From NCBI GenBank assembly GCA_000934665.2, contig JYFJ02001049.1:1-64000 (forward strand): a stretch of 64,000 nt of DNA. The letters are read 5' to 3'. The translations under genes were made by a program, and so were the position numbers. This document shows positions 1 through 12,800 of this stretch, piece after piece; within the stretch, counting starts at the first letter, position 1, and each line of letters opens with the position of its first letter. Source of the DNA: Catajapyx aquilonaris. Taxonomy: Eukaryota. The notes below the pieces were generated by a model. That model did no database searches. It saw only the letters and a list, made by a program, of their open reading frames with translations, and had not been told where the DNA came from.

Positions 1-228
1 GCCTAGAGATGATGACCCCTCTACATATAATGATGCTCTGGTGCCCCTTATGCCATTGGCATATGGCTTATGGTAGAGTTTTGATACACCCTGTATAGTG
101 TTGTGGGACGGTTTGCTGAAAATCAGTGGATTATGGGAAAAGGCCCATTGTACTTCCCATTGTAGGCCTACGAGCTACGACTATGCACAAGTCAAAATTA
201 GCTTGATCTCCCTTCCTTGAGAGCGCGG

Positions 229-242
229 AGAGAGAGAGAGAG
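229..242. repeat. (GA)n microsatellite
   Basis: agagagagagagag. Confidence 0.75.
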
Positions 243-745
243 GCTTTGTTTGTTAGAGAAATGCCATCCCTACAACATAACAGAGCGAATGCAATAATGT
301 TCTAGAGAGAGATCTGCTCTGAGGCAATTGGCTATTCCTTCCGTCCTACGAGTCAATTTCTATCAAAAATGTGTGTATTAAAATGCTTGAGTTTAGGGGC
401 CGAGCCCTCTGATTGTCCGCCCCATATTACCGCCACCTCCCCATTGGCCCACGTTCCACTCGTGCCCCATGGGGTGTAAACAACTCCTCTGTGGCTCTGT
501 TGGGTTGCCCGGGAAACTGTCCATTAATTCTCTGTATTGTTGCCCAGCAGTTGGCAGTGTTGGCACTACTATGAAGTTGTTTACAGAGTCATCAGTTCCC
601 CTTATGGAACGACAGACACAGGACAGACATGTTCTCACTTCTCACTAATCGGGTCGTTCGAAGACTGCTGGAGGGCTAACGTTACACCCTCCCCCGGCGC
701 CCCCGGCGATATAGTGAGCCGAATAGGTAGCCTACCCCAGGCCGC

Positions 746-826
746 AGGCCTAGAAAAGAGAGAGCGAAGCGAGTGGTTTTCTAGGCCTGAGTCCCAGGAA
801 AATGCGAGCGGAGCGAGGGTTTTCCT
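746..826. repeat. Two tandem short hairpins with GCGA(A/G)GCGAG-type loops; probable DNA-repeat fragment
   Basis: Hairpin 1 is aggcctagaaaa (746-757) with ttttctaggcct (777-788), enclosing gagcgaagcgag. Hairpin 2 is aggaaaa (796-802) with ttttcct (820-826), enclosing gcgagcggagcgag. Confidence 0.55.
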
Positions 827-3800
827 ATAATAAGCTTTTAAAATGTTAGACTGCAGTATTTTCGGCAACCCTGGACGTGCTCGATTTGTAGGCTACTCAC
901 CAATCCCCATGTAGATTGTACAGTACCTGAGCGTAGAAGTACCGCAAAATTAGTAATTCCTGCATACCTCAGCACGACAAGAGTAAGCCTCTCAAGTGCC
1001 TCACATACGAGGATGCCTCACGAAGCTAAGCCCACTTAACGTTCCTTTCTGCCGAGAGCAGTAACACAAAACAACACCATTAGATTATACTCCACCAAAA
1101 CTTGGTTGCAAACCCGTGCACAGACCAACAAGCCATTCATACGCAACTCAGCATCAGTGAGCCTTGCACCCCCCGTAAAAACTCAATTGTGACAGAATCC
1201 GCCTATTCTGAAGTGCACATTCATGTAAGTCCCATGCCCCCGATGTAATAATGTTTCCTGCCCATTCAATCCTGCCCAGGTGCTGCCAACTGGCGAGGCC
1301 CGTGAGGCTACCCCGGGCCAGACAGAGTGGCGGCCTCCTGCGAATCGCAGTCGAGGATGAGAACCCTCCCAGTTGAGTCGCCTGCACCCGGCCCTCCTTG
1401 TCCGATGGATTAGCTGACTCATCACATCGCTGCCGCCTCCGTACAATATCAATCCCCCTGGCCTGGAATGGCCCACTCGGGCCTCAGCACCCAGGGGACC
1501 TCCGAGATGGAAACTGCCGACAACTCTACTGTTCCGCCGTTTCTGGTCTCCAATGGGTGCGATCTCTTCGGTCCTGGGCAAGAGTACGAGTGTGTAAGTA
1601 CCTGCACTGATTTTTAACCAAATCACTAAATATATCTGACCGGTTTTTTAGTATGGGTTTTACGGTGCGAAATCTCTTCCTGAATTAGTATTGGAGGAAA
1701 TGCGCGTTATTTTTGGAGCACCTAGTGGAACGGCTCTATGAATCTCAATGAGAAATATAAAACGCAGTAGGGATATGGTAACTTAACGACTGGACAATGC
1801 GCTTCATTATCCGCGTTATGTGCGCATGAATGTAGACCACTTTGAGGTTATGTTCCTGACTGGATTCTGGATTTCTCGTTTTAAACGAATGAGCGAATAA
1901 AAGCTGGACCAGTAAAAGTGACGCCTGGTAATATGGGTAGGCTACATGCGTCTTTGCTGATGTGCTGGCATGTGCAATATTTACCTGAGTTAATATGTTG
2001 CGTCGGTGTAAATCAAGACAGTCACGTAACATCAACTGGCGGGTTTTTCGTAGTCCCGGTTTCTCTGCAAGATTGCGGAATCGGTGGAATAACGTCCGAC
2101 CTTGACCGTTCGTTCATCCTGCACATTATACAACCTTTCAGCCACTTTTGTTGTGCAAGGAGGCCTGAATACAGGGCGCAACGGAGTTTGTAATGCTTTA
2201 TTACAACTTACAAGCTACCTATAAGGTTTTCTTATTACACTGCAATTAATTGGTAAACAAGCTACTTCTTCTGATTCCCTCTCTTTGTTTTTCTACAGAA
2301 CTCCCCTGAGTTGTACTGAGGCAGGGGAATCAATCTTATTATCTACACAATTACGCTGATGTCCCTGAACATCGCAGTAAATTTATTTGAAGCTAAGACC
2401 ACCCTACTAAGAAAACAACTCCACCTCCAAAAACAAGTGTCGTGAATCGCACTGTACAGCACGAGCCCCCCCATGAAACAATTACACGCCACAACCACCT
2501 TCCAAAAACACACCATTAATGACCAAATGGCTCGATGCAATTTGTATGTTATTTTCTTGCTGGCGGGCAAACAACGCCCCACCTGTTGGATGTAATGATG
2601 GAAATCAAAACCAAAAGACCCCGCCGGTGCCACGCCCAACAGGAATCATTTTGCAATAATGGAAAAAATGTGAGGAGTGAGCGAAAAGACTTGCAATTTT
2701 GGTACGATTTAGTCCCAATAAGTCAGCCTTGGAAGCGAGCGGAGCTTGTTAGCGTGCAAGCCAGCAGCCCAAATATTTTACGCATTATTAGCGAAGTTGG
2801 GCTTGGCTACCGGGCAGGGGGTGGGCGGATTGTGGGCGGAATTCGAAGGGAAAGCTACCTTTATCACCAAGGGCGTAGCGTAATGTTTCAAGCAGGCCTC
2901 TTGGATGACACTGCCTCCCCGCCAGCTATTAGTATCGAGTGCTGCTTACTGCGCCTGCAAACTACTTTCTCGGAAATTAACAGCATACGTTATTGTTGAT
3001 TACACTTTGCGAGAGGAGAGGGAGTTTATTCCTCCGGAAATGTAGCAGGGTGCGATAATTGCGTTTACTGGGTCACTTTCAGCCTGGAGGCTCTATACCC
3101 CAGGAAGAGCTATGCAAATGTGGAGCTCTCCAGATGCCTTTTGCTGTTTTACAGAGTATTATTATGTTTGCTAATTGCGAGCGTTTTGGTTACGGGCGCA
3201 TTGTTTTGTTCTGAAATGTCAGTGCCTGTTGAAATGTTTGTGACTGGTGAACAGTGTGTAAATGGGATCGGTTAGGGCAAGTCTGGGTTGGTTTTATTTT
3301 TTGATGAACACTCTACAAGCACTGGGCGGTATGAGGCTAGGGTTTTTGTTTGGAGCAGTATGGCTCTCGTGGATTATTCAGAGAGTTTCGACTAGTGAGA
3401 GTTCAGCACTGTAACACGTTTTGGCTTAAGTAGGTCAATGTAATATTAAAAGCGTATTTAAAAAAGTGGCTTAATAGTGATGGCAATACCCTATGCAAAA
3501 GTAACTGCTTAACAACAAATAGCCCGTTAGGATCACCCTGTACGTCCGCATTAGCCGCTTGATTAAATCTCCTAATTACATTACGACCGCAATACTGTCA
3601 TCGAGCGATTACTCTACCCTGTAATAAGACAATTGCAGGTCACAGCGCGTATCTGCCTCCAACAGGTTGCCGATGAATCTTTGAAGACCTCCAGCTCTCA
3701 TTGATTCTCCTCCTTCTTCACACTGGCGTTCTTTTCTCATTTGCGCAAGATTAATCCCATTCATTTAGCAGTACAGCATACCATGTTGTCTGACGGCGCA

Positions 3801-6800
3801 ATCAGATCCGTACGTGGATTGCATTGTGAATCCCACCCATGCATTTCCATCTCATTTGAGCCTCCGGAAGGCTAATGGCCGGGGACTTTTCTCTTCCTTG
3901 CCTCGCACCCTGATGACAATCTGTTCCGCCGAATGGGAGGCAGCGGGCGTACATCATTTTAATAAGCGTGTCAACCAGTAAGGGAGGGTCTACAGCCCCT
4001 CGGGCTTTCTTGCGCACTGATTACATTCTTACGCTTGTTACCACTCCTTAAGGCGGGCGGGCGGAGGAAAAGTTTAGCGGATTCTCAGTTTTTGTCATCG
4101 TCTTCTTCCAGTGGGGGACAGTTGGACAGGTGCGTAAGCACCTAAGCGGAATGGGTCCCCTGTGCTTTCTGGGTCGATATGGACCATGGGAGGAATATGC
4201 TGGGGGTTTGGGGAGGGGGACGCAGGTGCTACGGCGCAGGTTATGTCACAGACACAATATTCGGCACTTTTTTTTTTGTCAAACTTGGCCAATTGGATTT
4301 GGGTCGATTTGGGTCTTGAATGCCGGATATTCTGCGGCCATACCTGTCAGAGCCAACGATTGGCGTTTTTTGTGTTGTTGGAGTCATTTGAAATGCGGGC
4401 TTAGTTTCAGGGGCTTGATTAAAATGCTTTCCCCCCNCCCCCCCCCCCTACTGTTTTTACGATCTATTGAGAGGGTGAAATTGAAGTCGCCGAAAAGCAG
4501 GGTAGACCCCCGTGTTTGCTGGGGGGCTACAAAAGACTCAGCCCATTGCAAGCACTGGCATACAGGCTAAATCACAGGCCTCCTGATTGCAATCATAATC
4601 GTTCCACGCCAAACAGGAGGCGTAATTGCATTAGCCGGTAAGTGAATCTGCGGGAAAGCACTGACTCACTGCTCCATCAACTTCTTCACTGCTGCCAGCC
4701 AAAGAACGAATTACGACCAAGTGCGCGTTGCAATGCTGTTGGAAAATTGGGTGCCGTCAGTGGCAACATTTGAACGAGGGTTTTCAGCTCAACGAATAGT
4801 CAGGCCACAAGTTATTTGAGCGTTTGTGAGCATCTCCATCGCTTAGAAAAATTAATATTTCATTACGAATTTTTGTCAGGTAATATGTTACGTCGGCCTA
4901 TATCATGAAAGCCCAGAGGATAAACCGCAAAAACCGAGAGCCGGGATAAAATTTTATAGTGAGCGCTAAGCCAATAACGTGCACTAACCACAAATGCGCT
5001 TCCACGAGGAACTTTATAAGCTTGTAATGCTACGAAGCGCGAATCTACTGTACTGTACTGAAGCACCTATACCGTTTTGCCCCGTTGGCTATCCCGAGCA
5101 AGTTAAAATATGCTATTCTTAAACTAACAGATTATACTACCCTTGCACTATAGTATGCTACCGCAACTGTGCGGAAGGATCTGATTATTCAGGGTACACT
5201 GTTCAGGTATTATACACTAGCCGATAGAAAAAAAATATATATGGCGTGGCAGCTTTCATTAACAGGTGGCCCTGGCACTATATCACACGCAAGTACTGTA
5301 GGAGCTGCCCAACTCCTGACTAAACAATTATACTGCGATTACGATAATGTGATTAAAGTTATAGTAATGAATCCCGTTGAGGATGAGCCGGCACTCCTGG
5401 TTATTGCGTTACTGCATAGAGCTGAGACGTCCCACAGGTTTGCTTTAGGAAGCCATCTAATCCACTTAAACCTTGCGAAAAATGAGTGTATCCCCATCTG
5501 GCGTGTTATTCCCCAGTTTCTGGAGGACTGCTGACCATTGGATACGCTTTGCCTGGGGATGCATCCGAAATGAGCTATACAGCAGCCGTGTTGACTGTGG
5601 GCCTTGATATCTCCCATCATCGTATTTATTCAGAAACGCAGGGCCAGTTCAAATACAGGGACCCGACCGTGTACAAGCTTCCCTTTTGCGCAAATAGTGC
5701 TGGTTTTGCTGCTGACTTTGCACGGGTGCTGCTGATCCATTAAATGATGCAGCATCCATGCCACTTTCATCCTGGTTCCATCACCTCTTCTTTTCCTTTG
5801 GCGGCCGGGAATGAATTGGAAAGCGTTTAGTCTCTGATAAGTATTCAGGGGGACTCCATCCAAGCAGCATGAGTCTGCTTGGCCCATGCAGGCGCTCAAC
5901 TCGAGTCATCTCCACCCCCCAAGACAGTCAAATGACTCCATTTGGTGGAATGTATGGCAATGGCTCCCTCGAGGAAAACCCTTCACCTCCAAGACAAATG
6001 CTGGGGAATCGTGAACTGACTCGCTAATTTCAGGGGGCTTATATGAGTGGCTCTGGCGATGAGTGAGGCTCGTGCTCTCTACCTTGGCAGGAATATACTG
6101 CATAGACAAATCAGTTTTTAGCACATGCAATTTGTCACCGCAATTTTCTAAGTAAGATTTTGTGCCCATTATTGCCCATTAGCACGTACAGTATATGCAA
6201 TAACAATCGGGTTTGAATTACATGCGCTAATGGATTAGTCACGTACTGTAGACCGACAAGCTGGCTAAGAGGTTGCTTTATTTACATGCACCCTGCATAC
6301 AACCATCTGAGAAGTATGGGTTGCCGAATGTTACCCGCGTGGGTCCAAACCGCGATGCATAATTTATGGAGTCCTCGAATTGTCTGCCTGCATTTGGAGC
6401 GTCGAAAAGCCTCAGCAGCCCAACTGTATAGCCTAATTTACAGTATAGACGTATCTGGAAGGAGTTGCAACTGCTAAAATCGAGAAGCGCACCAAAGGGG
6501 CCATTTTGCTGTGACTTATTTAGTGGCAAGGGGGGCGTGGTGCAGCATCGCATAAATTAAGTGTGGGGTAACCTTTCCCCTCTGACCTGATTCCGGCCAA
6601 GTTGCACCGGACTGAAGGGACAGAGACCTTTGAATTATTTCGAATGCCGGGTAATACCGTGGGCAACTACTCTAACCGGGGTTCCAACATTGCTTCAGCA
6701 TAATATCCCGCGGCGTTGTTGTTGTCTCGTCCCGCCGCCCCAAGGCGTAATGAGCTCGTAATTACCGCCCTAGCCGGCTTCTGCGGGACATCAAAAAATA

Positions 6801-9800
6801 ATGCAATTCTGGCCGGTTTTTTTTGGTAAACTGCGGATTCAGTGTGGTCCGAAGGCCCAATTTCCGGTTGGGAAGCAATTTTACATTGGACAAAAAAAGT
6901 GTTCCCACTGCCAACATGCATGCATCAGCTTTATTGGCTCAGACTTGCCATGGCAGCAGTTTCCCCGCACATGTTGATTGATTAGAAATAAACGGAGTGT
7001 CAAAGGGAAACGGGATTTTCCTCTGGGACTGCCATCCTGCGAAACATCTTCGTTTGTCGCCAATTCTCTGCCTCACGCTGCTTAATTTGCTTGCAAATGA
7101 GCGATGGAAGATCAATAATGGAGAAGTTGGGGGTTTTGGGGGATAATTTTATTGCGCCCTCTGATGTAGACCTCATCTCCGTACATTGTAAGGTTTGGTC
7201 CAAAGAGGAAGTTCCGGAGAGTGGACTTTGGGCCTGAGACGAAAAGGAGATAAGGCTGATGGCGAACGTGAGGTTCGTCGGTGGCGTCCGGGTATCTCAT
7301 GCCAGCATACGAAGCCGGGCCAGGACCATTAAAGCGCGCCGCAACGAGGATGAGCTCCTCGGCATTTGCATGAGCATCGTTAGTGCCTTTAGGGATTGGG
7401 AGAGGGAGAGGGGGACAGAGTGGCGAATCTGAGGAGGGAGAGAGGGACCGTGACTGGAAGTCAACGAGGATAATGATCCTCAAGTACTCTACCTAAGGCC
7501 TAAATACCTTCACTTTGTTCTTATTAGAGGGGAATGTTCGCTTTGTCTGTCGCGAATGGAGAGGGATGTCACGATGCAGTTAGTTTTTCTGTCGGATGCC
7601 TTTGGCACTGCTGGCACTAATCTGGATGACTTAAAAAGGGATGGAGTTGTGGCTCAGGAGGGAGGACGTGTTAAATTCTTGAAAGGGTCTGGTTTTATGC
7701 CAGCAGGATCAGTCCAAATGTCTACAATTAGGGAGTCCACTAATTGCAAGACGTTAAAAATTCAGCTTCTGGTGGTGTACTTGGTGACTTATGTCCATTA
7801 AATTAACTTTGAGCATACGTCAATTTTTTAACAGGACGTGGGGACGTAAAAGTAGTTTCCGTCTCTCTATATAGATAGTTGAAGATGCTCGGCCATAGAA
7901 CAGGTCGTTAGGATTACCTAAAGTCGTACGATTTATCCGGTGCAGGGCAGGTCAGGTCCTCATTATGCACAATAACACTGTATGTATGGGCAGCTCCACT
8001 CTGATCATTTCCATAAAGTACGGTAGACGTAGCCGTAACCAGCTTACCAACGCATATTGCGTTATTCATGAAAGGGTCAAAGTGCGGTACGCTTAGAGAT
8101 GCTAATGAGGCCTGGGTGATCCATAATAAGTGAAGTTCGTGCAAGAATGTTTCTTAGGCGGAGGATAGAGGGAAAAGAAGATCCATTACAGTCGACTTCG
8201 GGTCTTCATGGCCCCCTTTCCGGAGGCAGCTTCCCTTTTTCGGGGAAGGGAGTAAAGGAGGGCGAAGGGGTATGGAGGGCCAGGCGCCGATTTAATTAAG
8301 CTCTCTGAAGGGGCTAATTGCAGTCTTTCAGAAATGTGCTGAACCAGGATAGGAGTTTGGTTGAGTGTGGTTGGACCTCCAAAGTTGTAAGAACCTTTCC
8401 GCACAGCGTGGGCAGGATCTTAGTGTTATATGCGGCTCAGACATGGGAAATGCGACTTGATGCCAGGGGATAAAGGCTCGAAAAAGTCCTTGGATTCTTG
8501 TAACATCCGGTGATTTGCTCGGGAAAGTCAACTTGTTTTCGCGAAACAGGAAAGTAGGTTTTATCGATTACGTCAACCTTTGATCTGACGTTGGTGACCT
8601 GGCTCCAAAGATGATTTGCTGTGGCCGCAGGAAAAGAAAAAAAAAGATTCAGAACCCACTTCAAAGTTCGGTACCGATTTTCGACTGATTGGTTCACGTC
8701 TTTCTGTCCCTTTTGGTTCACTTTAAAAAAAATTACGATGGTAGAAAAGCCTTGCCATTTTATGTAAAAAGAAATATCACGTCTGGTTTGATTAGGACTT
8801 GGCTATGAGCCTGGTTATGAGGCATCGAGCGAAGGAAGGAGAGAGAAGTGCTGGATCTACTTTGAATACTTGCAGCCGCCGGTTAGTTAAGGAAAGCACT
8901 GCAGCTGTAGTTGGAATCCCCTCAACTTCATAATGACAACCAATTACCCTGGATTTAAAGCGTGAAAACTCGGTAATTAAGGGTATCCAAAAGTTTTCTG
9001 GCATTTTATTGCTAAAATTTTGCCGTATAACCCAAGCTCACTGAGGCGAATATTGTGGTGCCAATACGCTTTCCCGCAGAGCAGTGGGAGGAAATTGCAA
9101 CATAGGCATTTTGAAATGAGGGTTTTCCGACATGTGCAAATCGAACGACACTTGTGGTAGACCTTTCATTGCACACACCTCTGAAACAAAATTTGAAAAA
9201 CTAAAATGTTCACAGCACCAATTGATTGGTACTGTACAATTCAGCAATATATTAAATAGAAGCATCCTTCAGCCAGTGGTGTAGTTTTTTAAATACTTCA
9301 GATATCCTTTCTTCCTGGCATTTGTGTATGAGAAGTCGTTGCTCCTATACATTGAAACTGTGAAAAATAAGCAAGAGTTGTCTTGTGTAGTTTTAAAGGT
9401 TAAATGAGGTTCCGAGCAGCTTTGATAACGTAACCTTACATGACACTATTACTATAATCCCATAGTCTCTTATTCAGGTGCTCCAGCTCCCCCCTCCTAT
9501 TCACACCACATGAATGAGCTAGCCACAGACGTCATAGGTGATGCGAACACACATATACACTCTATCCAAAAATTTGTTTGACTCTATGACATGACCATTC
9601 AGACGCCTTAAAATGCAGACTGACAGACTTTCATCCTATTACATAATAAATTTATTTTTTTTGGGCCCGTGCCCAACGGACTGGCTCATCAACGTCCTTC
9701 ACACTCCAGCAGCCCCTGCTCATAATCCGCCAACACAAAACAACCGGAGCTTCCAACTCGGATGGCCATTGAAATCCCAACTGAATGCGCACTGGCACAG

Positions 9801-12800
9801 TCCAGTTGGCCATTTCAAAACGATGGAAATGCCTGCATGTTGCAGATACCCTCTAGTTTCTCCGGATGCCATAACTGCTGTTAATTTTCTTAGCGGATTA
9901 TCCGCAATCGATATAGCCTCCCATGGTGCCTGCCTGATCCCTGTTCAACTAGTCAAATTTAATTTCTATCTGGACCGATCCTCACACCATGCTTTATCCA
10001 CACCTGGGGAACATGGCCATTTCATTGCAGGGGGAAGTGCTGCACCCCTCTCGCATTAAGCCTAATGAAATATAAACAGCTTTAGGGACAGGGCTTGCCC
10101 TCCTGTTTGGCCTCTAATTACCCAACAATCAACAAAGTAACCCGAGTTAATTACCCTCAAATAATTCCGGAAGTAAACTTTTAGCACCCAATTACCATCC
10201 GGGACTACGCAGCACTTTGATGACCACCATTATGTGGGAACACTTTCTCAAAACCTGCAGGCAGTTTTCCCGTATTCTGCAATACACCTCCATCGCCTTC
10301 CACACAATATAATTACGCTGTCAATCCTTCTGAGTCGATATTACCGCCTCAAAAAAAACCGCGCATATTATGGAAAACCCAGTTTGATATCGATTCGTCT
10401 GCTGGGTGACATTGAAGCTATAATATGGGCGGACGTGGAATAAAAGTGGTTTTAATGGAAAAGAAAGCAGGAGAGGCGTTAGAGGAAGGTGGGTACAGGC
10501 AGATGGCAGCTTCAAATCAAAATCCGTTTCCGATCGAGTCCCATGGAGAGAAGGAAGGAGGAGATTAATGAAGCTGGGTCCCTAACCTATAGTTGGTTTG
10601 GCAAGACGTGCCTGTGCAGACTTAGGACAAGGCGTTGGGGCCAAATTAGAGCTGGACTGCCTAGGATTGCTCGACCTCCTCAGTTTCCTTTGATCTCCAC
10701 CTTCCCTTAGGGGTGGGTGAGGGTGGGTGGAAGGAAAGAACACTCACCAAGGCACCGCCAAAATTAATTATTTTCTCCACCCACTTTTGATAAATGGAAG
10801 AGACGGTGAATTATTCACCTGCAGTGGTGTGAGAAGCGACGCATCAGGTGCACACCTTTAAAGAATAAAGAGCCTTTACTTTAAACTACGTACAATCAGC
10901 CGTCTGCAAATAACAATTTCTATATGACGCTAACAACGGAGCATGGCTTACCATCAAAAGATATGGCTGGATTGAAACCGGATCGGGATGATCTGAACGA
11001 AGAGATTCTTTGAATCCGGGGTACTTTTAAAGACGATGCAAACAGTTCCGATTCCGCTCCCATTCCCTGGTTGCCTCTCATTAGCAATTTCGTTTTGCTT
11101 TCGCCAATTTGCTGACAGCGGTTGCCTTTGCTGGAAAATCCGGATTAAAAAACAGGAGGGTGGGGACGGGAGGGGGGGGGGGGCTGCTTTACACGACCGG
11201 GGCGAATTGGAGAAGGTTGAATGGTAGGCACTAATGAAGGCGCAGGCAGCCCTTCCAATTAGCAGGGAATACCATCCCGAAGGAGCATCTACAGGACGAA
11301 TTGCTTCATTCCATTCTCTGCTGCAGGTCCGAGCCATAAAGTGAGCCTTATCCTCAAAACCTCTCAAGATTTCTCCAGGAGTGGAGGAGGAGCATCACTT
11401 GACGCTCCCTAGTTTTAATACACAGACGTGACTCGAATATCCGCTTACTATTATGGCGACACAGAATCTTCAATGTGTAAAAGACCATTTCACACTATGC
11501 GATTTTACAGCACGAAGCACGAGTGCTTGCGGGTCAATGGTGCCATAAGTATTCGACTGCGTCGCTGGGACATGGCAAGTCACTGATACAAACTGATGCT
11601 TTAGGAACTTATGAACAGTAAACGACTTGATTTTGGAGTGAATGAAGCACCTCCGCAGTTTCGTTCATAATTTTAGAAATTAAACATTACATATGTCCTG
11701 AAGGATATCATACTGTAGATCCCAAGTGTATCTTAAATATAATTTATCACCAAAGACCTGTATACTTGCCCGTGTTATGTAAACAGTTTTGTGACGACAA
11801 TACCCAGCCATATTCGAGCAATACGTTTACATTGTAGTGAATCACAGCTTCTGTTCTAATCTTTTGAGAGAGTAGGGGACTGTGCGGTTCTCTCGTCGTT
11901 ACTCTTCTGTTTTCACCACGTTTGCAGTCATTTCTGTGTTTATGATCACACTGTATATACACATTATATCCTGCATAAAACCGTAAAGAGTTCGTAATGT
12001 AGGGTGAAAGAGTCGCAGTTTAGTCCACATGGTCAGCATACCAGCATTGTTTAAGTGATGCTGGTATAGTGTTGTAAAGTGTTCAGGCAAATGGGGAAGG
12101 AAGAGCCTGAGGATACTCTTCAACCAACCGTCGGGAGTCCGTAATAAGGATATTAATACAGCACTTGAGAAGACTCGACGTCGCGTCTGTCTGAAGGACG
12201 CTTTTGTGTCGAGATATTGTGGCGCGATTTACAAGAGCCGAGTAGACCATAGGTATCTATTTCAGTTACCATGTAATAAACAGCAAAGCTAAACTCACCG
12301 AATCCGTACGTGAACATGGCATCTTAATTTCATTAATTTTAATTAATTGCGTAAGATGTAAAAGTTCTGGGAACACTTGAGCATGTTTGCTGGAGTAGGT
12401 CTGTGACCTACTCTTTAGCCGCAGAACACTCGAAACGAAGCAGTAAATTCTTGAGGAGCACACGCCCATTGAAAACTCTGTGCACAGAGCTATGGTTACT
12501 CCGCTGGAGGCCAGTAGTACCGTATAGAGTGCTGATTAATACAATGCGCATACATTCGNTCTCTATGCACTAGTCGACTAGTGGGTTTTCATACAAACCT
12601 TCCACATCTTTTACCCTGGAAAAAATCTGTTAGCAGCGAGAATTTCATTTACTATAATTGAAATAACACGCGATCAGTTTTAAAATATGTAAAATGGATC
12701 ATAGCTTGCAATAGCTTTATAGGTAGCTTGTAAGGAAATGCAAGGACTTTCAGTGGGCAGTTATTGATTTCTTATTCTTTCGCAATATTTTTTTTTCCCC

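Noticed and set aside
3535..3556. caccctgtacgtccgcatt resembles miR-10 (taccctgtagatccgaatt)
   Set aside because: There are several mismatches and no complementary arm. caccctgta more likely marks the end of a mariner-type repeat, as at 88-96, and I found no partner TIR for either.
12568..12583. Perfect 16-bp palindrome cactagtcgactagtg
   Set aside because: About one such palindrome is expected by chance in 64 kb.
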